From Eledone cirrhosa (taxonomy: Eukaryota), in contig OZ024757.1 in the NCBI GenBank assembly GCA_964016885.1, forward strand, positions 13,082,001-13,146,000: a stretch of DNA of 64,000 nucleotides. Direction: 5' to 3'. Both the position numbers and the translations under genes were made by a program. Of the stretch, positions 41,801-54,575 are shown piece by piece. The notes under the pieces are model-generated. The model was given only the letters and a program-made list of their open reading frames with translations. It did no database searches and was not told the DNA's origin. The first letter of the stretch is position 1. Every line of letters starts with the position of its first letter.

Positions 41801-44800
41801 ATTTAAATACCAACCCCAGGCCTTAGACTTAGACTTAAACACCAATTCCTATCCTTAGACTTGAACACCAACTCCAAGCCTTAGAGTTAGACGTAAACCC
41901 CAACCATTACTCTTAGACTTAAACTTAAACCCCAACCACAAGCCTTAGTCGTAGTCTTAAACCTCTACCCAAAGCCTTAGACTTAGACTTAAACCCCAAC
42001 CCCAAGCCTTAGACTTAGACTTAAACCCAACTCCAGGCCTTAGACTTAAACTCTAACCCCAACCCTTAAACTTAGACTTAAACCAAAACCACAAGGCTTA
42101 GACTTAGATTTAAACCCCATCCACAAGCCTTAGACTTAGACTTACAGACAAACCCCTAGACTTAGACGTAAACTTAAACCCCAACTCCAAGACTTAGACT
42201 TAGAATTAAACCCCAACCTCAAGCCTTAGACGTAGACACTAACCCCAAACCAAAGCCTTAGACATAGACTTAAACCCCAACACCAAGATTTAGACATCGA
42301 CATAAACCCCAACCACAAGCATTAGACTTAGAACTAAACCCCAACCCCAAGCCTTAGACTTAGACTTAAACCCCAACTCCAAGTCTTAGAATTAAACCAT
42401 AACCACAAGTCTTAGACATAAACCCCAACCCCAAGCCTTAGACTTAGACTTAAACCCCAACCCCAACCCTTAGATATAGATTTAAACCCCAACCCTAAGC
42501 CTTAGACTTAGACTTAAACCCCAACTCCTAGCCTTAGACGTAAACTTAATATTAGACTTAGACTTAAACCCCAAACTCAAGCCTTAGACTTAGACTTGAA
42601 CCCCAACTACCAGCTTTAGACTTAGACTTAAACGCCAAAACAAAGCCTTAGACTTAGACTTGAACACCAACCCCAAGCCTTAGACTTAGACTTAAACCCC
42701 AACCACTAGTATTAGACTTAGAATTAAAGCCAACACCAAGGCTTAGACTTAAACCCAAAACCAAAGCCTTAGACATAGACTTAAAACCCAACCAAAAGCC
42801 TTACACTTAGACTTAAACCCCAACCACAAGCCGTAGACTTAGATTTAAACACCAACCCCCAGCCTCAGACTTAGACATAAAACCGAACACGAAGCCTTAA
42901 ATTAGACTTAAACCCGCAATCCAAGCCTGAGACTTATATTTAAGCCCCAATCCCAAGCCTTAGACTTAGACTTGAACCCCAACCTCAAGCCTTAGACTTA
43001 GACTTAAACCCCTACCTCTAGCATTAGACTTAGACTTAAACCCCAACTCCAAGCCTCAGAATTAAATCATAACCACAAGCCTTAGACATAAACCCCATCC
43101 CCAAGCCTTAGACTTTGACTTAAAACACAACCCAAAGGCTTAATCATGGATATAATCCCCAACACCAAGCCTTAGACTTAGACTTAAACCCGAACCCCAA
43201 GCCTTAGACTTAGACTTAATCCCCAGCATTAAGCTTTAGACTTAATCCCCAACTACAAGCCTTAGACTTAGACTTACACCCCAACACAAAGCCTTAGCGT
43301 TAGACTTGAAGATCGAGCGCAAGCGTTAGACTTAGATTTGAACCCCAACCAAAAGCATAAGACTTAGACATAAAGCCCAACTCCAGGCCTTAGACTTAAA
43401 CCCTAACCCCAACCCTAAACTTGGACTTAAACCCCAACTCCAAGACAGACTTAGACTTAAACCCCAACCTCAAGCCTTAGACATAGACACTAACCCCAAA
43501 CCAAAGCCTTAGACTTAGAATTAAACCCCAACCTTAAGCCTTATACATAGACTTAAACCACAACACCACAAGCCTTAGAATTAAACCCTAACAACAAGAC
43601 TTAGACTTAAAACCTAACCCCAACCCCATCCCTTAGATTTAGAGACCAACACCAAGCCTTAGTCGTAGACTTAAACCCCTACCCAAAGCCTTAGAATTAG
43701 ACTTAAACCCCAAACCGAAGCTTTACACTTAAACTTAAGCCCTAACCCCAAGCCTTAGACTTATCCTTGAACCCCAACCCCAAACCTTAGAGTTAAACAC
43801 CAACCACTAGAATTAGACTTAGACTTAAACTCCAAGACATAGACATAGATTTAAATCCCAGCTTCAAACCTTACACTTAGACTTACTCCCCAAACCCAAG
43901 CCTTAGACGTAAACTTAAATCCCAACTCCAATACTTAGACTTAGACTTAAACCACAACCCCAAGCCTTAGAATTAAACCCTAACAACAAGCCTTAGACTT
44001 AAAACCTAACCCCAAGCATTAGCCCAACCCGTAAACCTAAACCCCAACCCAAAGCCTTAGATTTAGACTTAAACCCCAACCACAAGCATTAGACTTAGAC
44101 TTACCCCAACCACTAGCATTAGACTTAGACTTAAACTCCAAGCCATAGACATAGATTTAAACGCCAACTTCAAGACTTAGAATAAGACTTAAACCCCAGC
44201 TCCAAGGCTTAGACTTAGACTTAAACCCCAACCCCAAGATTTAGACTTAGACTTAAACCCCAAACCCAAGCCTTTGACTTAAACTTAAACCTCAACCCCA
44301 AGGCTTAGACATAGATTTAAACGCCAAACCCAAGCCTTAGACTTAGATTTAAACCTCAACCCCAGGCCTTAGACTTAGACTTAAATCACAACCCAAAGCC
44401 TTAGACATAGATTTAATCCCCAACACCAAGCCTTAGAGATAGACTAAACCCCAACCACAAGCCTTAGACATAGACTTAAACCCCAAACCTCAAGCCTTAG
44501 ACTTAACTTAAAACCAAACCCCTAGCATTAGACTTATATTTAAACCCCAACAGCAAGCCTTAGACTTAGACCCTAACCCCAAGCCTTAGACTTAAACCCC
44601 AACCCCAAGCCTTAGACTTAGGCTTAAAAATAAAACTCCAAAGCCTTACATTTAGATTTAAACCCAAAACCAAAGCCTTAGACATTGACTTAATTCCCAA
44701 CCCCAACACTTAGACTTAAATACCAATCCCAAGCCTTAGACGTAGATTTAAACCTCTATACAAAGCCTTAGAATTAGACTTAAACCCCAAACCGAAGCTT

Positions 44801-46011
44801 TAGACTTAAACTTAAACCCTAACCGGAAGTCTTAGAGTTAGACTTAAACACCAACCCCAAGCCTTAAACTTAAACTTAAACCCCAACACCAAGGCTTAGA
44901 ATTAGACTTAAACCCCAACTCCAAGACTTAGACTTAGACTTAAACCCAACCTCCAGCGTTAGACATAGACACTAATACCAAACCAAAGCCTTAGACTTAG
45001 AATTAAACCCCAATCCCAAGCCTTATGCATAGACATAAACCACAACACCAAGCCTTAGAATTAAACCCTAACAACAAGACTTACTCCTAAAACCGAACCC
45101 CAACACCATGTCTTAGATTTAGACTTAAACTCCAAACCGAAGCCTCAGACATCGACTTAAATCCCAACCCCAAGCGTTAGACATCGACATAAACCTCAAC
45201 CACAAATATTAGACATAGATTTAAACACCAACCCCAAGCCTTAGACTTAGACGTAAACCACAAGTCATAGACATAGATTAAAACTCCAACCCCAAGACTT
45301 AGACTTAGACTTGAACCCCCACCACAAGTTTTTGACTTAGACTTAAACCCCAACAACAAGCCTTAGACATAAACCCTGCCCTCAAGCCTTAGGCTTAAAC
45401 CCCAACTCCAAGCCTTAGAATTAAACCATAACCACAAGGCTTAGACATAAACCCAACCCCAAGCCTTAGACTTAGACTTGAACACCAACTCCTAGCCTTA
45501 GCCTTAAACTTAAACTCCAACCCCAAGCCTTAGACTTAGACTTAAACCTCGACCACCAAACCTTAGATTTAGATTTAAATACCAACCCCAGCCCTTAGAC
45601 TTAGACTTAAACCACAACCCAAAGCCTTAGTCATAGACATCATCCCCAACACTAAGCCTTAGCCTTAGACCTAAACCCCAACCCCAAGCCTTAGACTTAG
45701 ACTTATACCCCAACCCCAAGTTTAGACTTCGACATAAAACCCAACCACAAGCATTAGACTTAGATTTAAACCCAACCTTAAGCCTTAGACTTAAATTTAA
45801 ACCCCAAGCTATAGACATAGATTTAAACCCCAACCTCAAGCCTTAGACGTAGACTTAAACCCCAACACAAAGCCTTAGACTTAGACTTGAACACCAATCC
45901 CAAGCCTTAGATTTAGACTTAAACCTCGACCCCCAAGTCTTAGACTTAGATTTAAATACCAACCCCAGGCCTTAGACTTAGACTTAAACACCAATTCCTA
46001 TCCTTAGACTT
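38820..46011 (+). repeat. Near-exact ~3.04-kb block repeated at offset 4148/4149 (38820-41862 and 42968-46011)
   Basis: GATCGAGCGC is at 39163/43311. The ORF track gives identical translations at 41028/45177 and 41478/45627. I noticed only about three differences (GTCATAG/GTCGTAG, CATGGAC/CATCGAC and a 1-bp indel near 44490). Confidence 0.93.
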
Positions 46012-48889
46012 AAACTTAAACTCCAACCCCAAGCCTTTGACTTAGATTAAACCCAAGCCTTAGAGTTAGACTTAAACCCCAACACCAAGCCTTAGACATG
46101 AACTCCAACCTCAAACTTTAGAGTTAGGTTTAAACCCCAACCCCCAAGCCTTAGACTTAAACCCCAACCCAAAGACTTAGACGTAGACTTAACCCCAAAC
46201 CCAAAGCCTTAGACTTAGAATAAACCCCAAGCTATAGACTCATATTTAAACCCCATCCTCAAGACGTAGACTTAGACTTAAATGCCAACCCCAAGCCTTT
46301 GATTTCGACATAAAACCCAACCACAAGTCTAAGACATTGACATAAACCCCAACCTTAAGCCTTAGACATAGATTTAAACCCCAAGCCATAGACATAGATT
46401 TAAACCCCTACCTGAAGCCTTAGACGTAGACTTAAACCCCAACCCCAAGCCTTAGACTTTGACTTAATCCCCAACATTAAGCTTTAGACTTAGAATTTAA
46501 CCCAAAGCTTAAACATAGATTTAAACCCCAACCACAAGCCTTAGACTTAGACTTACACCCCAAGCCCAAGTCTTAGAGTTACACTTGAAGATCAAGCGCA
46601 AGCGTTAGACTTAGACTTGAACCCCAACCACAAGCATAAGACTTAAACTTAAATCCCAACCACAAGCCTTAGTCGTAGACTTAAACCTCTACCCTAAGCC
46701 TTGGAATACGACTTAAACCCCAAACCGAAGCTTTAGACTTAAACTTAAACCCTAACCCCAAGCCTTAGACTTAGACTTAAACCCCAACCCCAAGCCTTAG
46801 ACTTAGACTTAAAGCCCAACTCCAGGCCTTAGACTTAAACTCTAACCCAAACCCTTAAACTGAGACTTAAATCGCAACCCCAAGGCTTAGACTTTGATAT
46901 AAGCCACAACCCCCAACCTTAGGCTTAGACTTACACCCCATTCCCTATCGTTAGACGTAAACTTAAACCCCAACCCAAAGTCTTAGACTTAGACTTAACC
47001 CAAGTTCAAAGCCTTAGACTTAGACATAAACCCCAAGCCATAGACATAGATTTAAACCCCAACCTCAACACTTAGACTTAGACTTAAACCCAAACCCCAA
47101 AATTTAGACTTAGCGTAATCCCCATCTATAAGATTTAGGATTAAAACATAACAACCAGCCTTAGACTTAAAACAAAGCCTTAGGCTTAGACTTAAACCCA
47201 AATACAATGCCTTAGACTTAAACCCCAAGCCTTAGACTTAAACTCCTAGCCTTAGATTTAAAGTTAAACCTCAACCCCAAGCCGTAGACTTAGACTTAAT
47301 CCGGAACCCCAAGCCGTACACTTAGATTTAAATCACAACAACAAGCGTTAGTTTAGAGTTAAACCCCAAAACGCAAGCCTTAGACATAGACTTAAACCCC
47401 AACCCCAAGCCTTAGACTTAGACTTAAACCCCAACTTTAAGCCTTAGACGTAGACTTAAACCACGAGCCATAGACATATATTGAAACCCCAACCCCAAGC
47501 CTTAGACTTAGACTTGAACCCCATCCCCAAGTCTTAGACTTAAAGCCCAACTCCAAGCCTTAGAATTAAACCATAAACGCCAATCCAAAGGCTTAGACTT
47601 AGAATTAAACCCAAACCCAAGCCTTAGAATTAGACTAAAATCCGTTCCTCAAACCCCAACCCCAACCCTTAGATTTGGACTTAAATCCCAACACCAAGCT
47701 TTTGACTTAGACGTAATCCCCAACTACAAGCCTTAGAATTAAACCACAAACACAAGCCTTAGACTTAAACCCAAACGCCAAGCCTTAGACTTAGACTTAA
47801 ATCCCAACACAAAGCCTTAGACTTAGACTTAAACCCGAACCCAAGCTTCAGACTTAGACTTAAAGCCCAACCCTTAGACTTAGACTAAAGCCCAACCCCT
47901 AGCCTTAGACGTAAACTTAAACCCCAACCCCTAAACTTAGACTTAAACTCTAACCACAAGCCTTAGACTTAGATGTTAACCTCAACCCTTAACCTAAGCC
48001 TTAGACTTAGACTTAAACCCCAACTCCAAGTTTCAGACTTAGACTTAAACCCCAAATCTTAGACTTAGACTAAACCCCAACCCATAGCATTAGACGTAAA
48101 CTTAAAATTAGACTTAGACTTAAACCACAAACTCAAGCCTTAGACTTAGATTTGAACCCCAACTACAAGCTTTAGACTTAGACTTAAACCCCAACCCCAA
48201 AGGTTAGACTTAGATTTGAACCCCAACTCCTGGCCTTAGACTTAGTCTTAAACCCCAACCCCAAGCCTCAGACTTAGACTTAAACCACGACCACAAGCCT
48301 TAGACTTAGATTTTAAACCCTAATCCCAATCCTGAGACTTAGACTTATACCCAAACCCCAAGCATTAGACATAGACTTAAACCTTAACCCCAAGCCATAG
48401 ACTTAGACGTAAAGACCAACCACAAGCCTTAGACATAGACTTAAACCCCAATCCCAAGCCTTAGACTTAAACTTAAAACCCAACCACTAGAATTAGACTT
48501 AGATTTAAAACCCAACCTTAGACATAGACTTAAATCCCAACCCCAACACTTGGACTTAAACCCCAATACCAAGCCTTAGACATAGACTTACACCTCAACC
48601 CAAACCCTTAGACTTAGACTTAAACGCCAACCCCAAGCCTTAGACGTAAACTTAAGCCCCAACTCCAAGACTTAGATTTAGATTTAAACCCCAACCTCAA
48701 GCCTTAGACTTAGACTTAAACCCTAACTCCTAGCCTTAGACTTAAACTTAAATGCCAACCCAAGCATTAGACTTAGACAAAAACGCCAACAAAAAGGCTT
48801 AGACTTAGACATAAGCCCCAATACCAACCCTTAGACTTACACTTAAACCCCAATAACAAGTCTTAGACGTAGACTTAAACCCCAACCTT

Positions 48890-51800
48890 AAGCCTTATAC
48901 TTAGATTTAAACACCAAGCCATATACATAGATTTAAACCGCAACCACAAGACTTAGGCTTAGACTTACACCCCAAGCCCAAACCTTAGAGTTAGACTTGA
49001 AGCTCAAGCGCAAGCGTTAGACTTAGACTTAAACCCCAACCACAAGCCTTAGTCGTAGTCTTCAACCTCTACCCAAAGCTTTAGACTTAGAATTAAACCC
49101 CATCCCCAAGTCTTAGACTTAGATTTAAAGCCCAACTCCAGGCCTTAGACTTAAACTCTAACCCCAACAATTAAACATAGATTTAAACCCCAACCACTAT
49201 GTTTAGACTTAGACTTAATCCCCAACATTAAGCTTTAGACTTAAACTGAAACCCCAGGACTTAGACATAGATTTAAACCGCAACCAAAAGCCTTAGACTT
49301 AGACTTATACACCAAGCTCAAGGCTTTGAGTTAGACTTGAAGATCAAGCTCAATTGTTAGACTTACATTTGAACCCCAACCACAAGCATAAGACTTAGAA
49401 TTAAATACCAAACCCAAGCCTTAGGCGTAGACTTAAACCTCTACCCAAAGCCTTAGAATTAGACTTAAACCCCAAACCTAAGCTTTAGACTTTAACTTAA
49501 ACCCTAACCCCAAGCCTTAGACTTAGACGTAAACCACAACCCCAAGCCTTAGACATTGACTTAAACCTCAACCCAAAGCCTTAGACTTAGACTTAAACCT
49601 CAACCCCAAGCCTTAGACGTAGACACTAACCCCAAACCAAAGCCTTAGACTTAGAATTAAACCCCAACCCCAAGCCTTATACATAGACTTAAACCACAAC
49701 CCAGCAAGCCTTAGAATTAAACCCTAACAACAAGACTTAGATTAAAACCTAACCCCAACCCCAAGCCTTAGCCCAACACGTAAACTTAAACCCCAACCCC
49801 AAGCCTTAGATTTAGACTTAATCTCCAAACCCAAGCCTTAGAAATAGACTTAAACCCCAACCACAAGATTTAGACATCGACATAAACCCCAACCACAAGA
49901 ATTAGACATAGACTTAAACCCCAACCCCAAGCTTTAGAGTTAGACTTAAACCCCAACATTAAGCCTTAGACTTAGCCTTAAAGCCCAAGCCATAGACATA
50001 GATTTAAATCCCAACCCCAAGCCTTAGACTTAGACTTGAACCCCATCCCCAAGTCTTAGACTTAGACTTAAATCCCAACCACTAGGATTAGACTTAGACT
50101 TAAACCCCAACTCTAAGCCTTAGAATTAAACCATAACCACAAGCCTTAGACATAAACCCCAACACCAAGGCTGAGACTTAGGCATAAACGCCAATCCAAA
50201 GGCTTAGACTTAGACTTAAAACCCAAACCCAAGCCTTTGAATTAGACTTAGACCCGTTCCCCAAACCCCAACACCAAGCCTCAGAATAGATTTAAACTCA
50301 AACATTAAGCCCCAGACTTAGACATAAACACTAAGACATAGACTTAGACGTAATCCCCAACTACAAGCCTTAGAATTAAACCATAGACACAAGCCTTAGA
50401 CTTAAACCCAAACGCCAAGCCTCAGACTTAGAATTAAACCGCAAACCAAAACCTTAGACTTAGACTAAAACCCAACTCCTAGCCTAAGACTTAGACTTAA
50501 ACCCTAACCACAAGCCTTAGACTTAGATTTTAACCCCAACCCAAAGCCTTAGATTTAGACTTAAACCCCAACCCCAAGCCTCAGACTTAGACTTAAACCC
50601 CAACCTTTAGAGGTAAACTTAAACTTAGATATAGACTTAAACCCCAACATCAAGCCTTAGATTAAGACTTGAACCCCAACTCCTAGGCTTAGACTTAGAC
50701 TTAAACCACAACCCCAAGCCTCAGACTTAGACTTAAAACCCAACCTTTAGACTTAGACTTAAACCCCAACCACAAGCCTTATACTTAGATTTAAACACCA
50801 AGCCATATACATAGATTTAAACCGCAACCACAAGACTTAGGCTTAGACTTACACCCCAAGCCCAAACCTTAGAGTTAGACTTGAAGCTCAAGCGCAAGCG
50901 TTAGACTTAGACTTAAACCCCAACCACAAGCCTTAGTCGTAGTCTTCAACCTCTACCCAAAGCTTTAGACTTAGAATTAAACCCCATCCCCAAGTCTTAG
51001 ACTTAGATTTAAAGCCCAACTCCAGGCCTTAGACTTAAACTCTAACCCCAACAATTAAACATAGATTTAAACCCCAACCACTATGTTTAGACTTAGACTT
51101 AATCCCCAACATTAAGCTTTAGACTTAAACTGAAACCCCAGGACTTAGACATAGATTTAAACCGCAACCAAAAGCCTTAGACTTAGACTTATACACCAAG
51201 CTCAAGGCTTTGAGTTAGACTTGAAGATCAAGCTCAATTGTTAGACTTACATTTGAACCCCAACCACAAGCATAAGACTTAGAATTAAATACCAAACCCA
51301 AGCCTTAGGCGTAGACTTAAACCTCTACCCAAAGCCTTAGAATTAGACTTAAACCCCAAACCTAAGCTTTAGACTTTAACTTAAACCCTAACCCCAAGCC
51401 TTAGACTTAGACGTAAACCACAACCCCAAGCCTTAGACATTGACTTAAACCTCAACCCAAAGCCTTAGACTTAGACTTAAACCTCAACCCCAAGCCTTAG
51501 ACGTAGACACTAACCCCAAACCAAAGCCTTAGACTTAGAATTAAACCCCAACCCCAAGCCTTATACATAGACTTAAACCACAACCCAGCAAGCCTTAGAA
51601 TTAAACCCTAACAACAAGACTTAGATTAAAACCTAACCCCAACCCCAAGCCTTAGCCCAACACGTAAACTTAAACCCCAACCCCAAGCCTTAGATTTAGA
51701 CTTAATCTCCAAACCCAAGCCTTAGAAATAGACTTAAACCCCAACCACAAGATTTAGACATCGACATAAACCCCAACCACAAGAATTAGACATAGACTTA

Positions 51801-52665
51801 AACCCCAACCCCAAGCTTTAGAGTTAGACTTAAACCCCAACATTAAGCCTTAGACTTAGCCTTAAAGCCCAAGCCATAGACATAGATTTAAATCCCAACC
51901 CCAAGCCTTAGACTTAGACTTGAACCCCATCCCCAAGTCTTAGACTTAGACTTAAATCCCAACCACTAGGATTAGACTTAGACTTAAACCCCAACTCTAA
52001 GCCTTAGAATTAAACCATAACCACAAGCCTTAGACATAAACCCCAACACCAAGGCTGAGACTTAGGCATAAACGCCAATCCAAAGGCTTAGACTTAGACT
52101 TAAAACCCAAACCCAAGCCTTTGAATTAGACTTAGACCCGTTCCCCAAACCCCAACACCAAGCCTCAGAATAGATTTAAACTCAAACATTAAGCCCCAGA
52201 CTTAGACATAAACACTAAGACATAGACTTAGACGTAATCCCCAACTACAAGCCTTAGAATTAAACCATAGACACAAGCCTTAGACTTAAACCCAAACGCC
52301 AAGCCTCAGACTTAGAATTAAACCGCAAACCAAAACCTTAGACTTAGACTAAAACCCAACTCCTAGCCTAAGACTTAGACTTAAACCCTAACCACAAGCC
52401 TTAGACTTAGATTTTAACCCCAACCCAAAGCCTTAGATTTAGACTTAAACCCCAACCCCAAGCCTCAGACTTAGACTTAAACCCCAACCTTTAGAGGTAA
52501 ACTTAAACTTAGATATAGACTTAAACCCCAACATCAAGCCTTAGATTAAGACTTGAACCCCAACTCCTAGGCTTAGACTTAGACTTAAACCACAACCCCA
52601 AGCCTCAGACTTAGACTTAAAACCCAACCATTAGACTTAGACTTAAACCCCAACCACAAGCCTTA
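48890..52665 (+). repeat. Near-exact tandem duplication, unit 1884 bp
   Basis: AGCCTTATAC at 48891/50775, AGCTCAAGCG at 49001/50885 and TTGAAGATCAAGCTCAATTG at 49337/51221 all give offset 1884. Confidence 0.93.
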
Positions 52666-52911
52666 GACTTAGATTTTAAACCCCAAACCCAACCTTTAGA
52701 CTTAGACTGAAACCATAACCCAAAGCCTTAGACTTAAACACCAACCACAAACCTTAGACTTAGACTTAAACCCCAATCCCAAGTTTAGATTTCGACATAA
52801 AACCTAACCACAAGCCTTAGACTTAGACTTAAAATCCAACCTTAAGTCTTAGAGATAGATTTAAACTCCAACCTCAAGCCTTAGACGTAGACTTAAACCC
52901 CAACACAAAGC

Positions 52912-54575
52912 CTTAGACTTAGACTTGAACACCAACTCCTAGCCTTAGCCTTAAACTTAAACTCCAACCCCAAGCCTTAGACTTAGACTTAAACCTCGAC
53001 CACCAAACCTTAGATTTAGATTTAAATACCAACCCCAGCCCTTAGACTTAGACTTAAACCACAACCCAAAGCCTTAGTCATAGACATCATCCCCAACACT
53101 AAGCCTTAGCCTTAGACCTAAACCCCAACCCCAAGCCTTAGACTTAGACTTATACCCCAACCCCAAGTTTAGACTTCGACATAAAACCCAACCACAAGCA
53201 TTAGACTTAGATTTAAACCCAACCTTAAGCCTTAGACTTAAATTTAAACCCCAAGCTATAGACATAGATTTAAACCCCAACCTCAAGCCTTAGACGTAGA
53301 CTTAAACCCCAACACAAAGCCTTAGACTTAGACTTGAACACCAATCCCAAGCCTTAGATTTAGACTTAAACCTCGACCCCCAAGTCTTAGACTTAGATTT
53401 AAATACCAACCCCAGGCCTTAGACTTAGACTTAAACGCCAACACAAAGCCTTAGACTTAGACTTGAACACCAACTCCAAGCCTTAGAGTTAGACGTAAAC
53501 CCCAACCATTACTCTTAGACTTAAACTTAAACCCCAACCACAAGCCTTAGTCGTAGTCTTAAACCTCTACCCAAAGCCTTAGACTTAGACTTAAACCCCA
53601 ACCCCAAGCCTTAGACTTAGACTTAAACCCAACTCCAGGCCTTAGACTTAAACTCTAACCCCAACCCTTAAACTTAGACTTAAACCAAAACCACAAGGCT
53701 TAGACTTAGATTTAAACCCCATCCACAAGCCTTAGACTTAGACTTACAGACAAACCCCTAGACTTAGACGTAAACTTAAACCCCAACTCCAAGACTTAGA
53801 CTTAGAATTAAACCCCAACCTCAAGCCTTAGACGTAGACACTAACCCCAAACCAAAGCCTTAGACATAGACTTAAACCCCAACACCAAGATTTAGACATC
53901 GACATAAACCCCAACCACAAGCATTAGACTTAGAACTAAACCCCAACCCCAAGCCTTAGACTTAGACTTAAACCCCAACTCCAAGTCTTAGAATTAAACC
54001 ATAACCACAAGTCTTAGACATAAACCCCAACCCCAAGCCTTAGACTTAGACTTAAACCCCAACCCCAACCCTTAGATATAGATTTAAACCCCAACCCTAA
54101 GCCTTAGACTTAGACTTAAACCCCAACTCCTAGCCTTAGACGTAAACTTAATATTAGACTTAGACTTAAACCCCAAACTCAAGCCTTAGACTTAGACTTG
54201 AACCCCAACTACCAGCTTTAGACTTAGACTTAAACGCCAAAACAAAGCCTTAGACTTAGACTTGAACACCAACCCCAAGCCTTAGACTTAGACTTAAACC
54301 CCAACCACTAGTATTAGACTTAGAATTAAAGCCAACACCAAGGCTTAGACTTAAACCCAAAACCAAAGCCTTAGACATAGACTTAAAACCCAACCAAAAG
54401 CCTTACACTTAGACTTAAACCCCAACCACAAGCCGTAGACTTAGATTTAAACACCAACCCCCAGCCTCAGACTTAGACATAAAACCGAACACGAAGCCTT
54501 AAATTAGACTTAAACCCGAAATCCAAGCCTGAGACTTATATTTAAGCCCCAATCCCAAGCCTTAGACTTAGACTT
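52912..54575 (+). repeat. Near-exact dispersed copy of ~41320-42973
   Basis: The identical 70-aa ORF translation occurs at 41478/53074 (offset 11596). TTGAACACCAACTCC..CCATTACTC at 41861/53463 and TAAGCCCCAATCCC at 42941/54543 give offset 11602. Confidence 0.92.
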
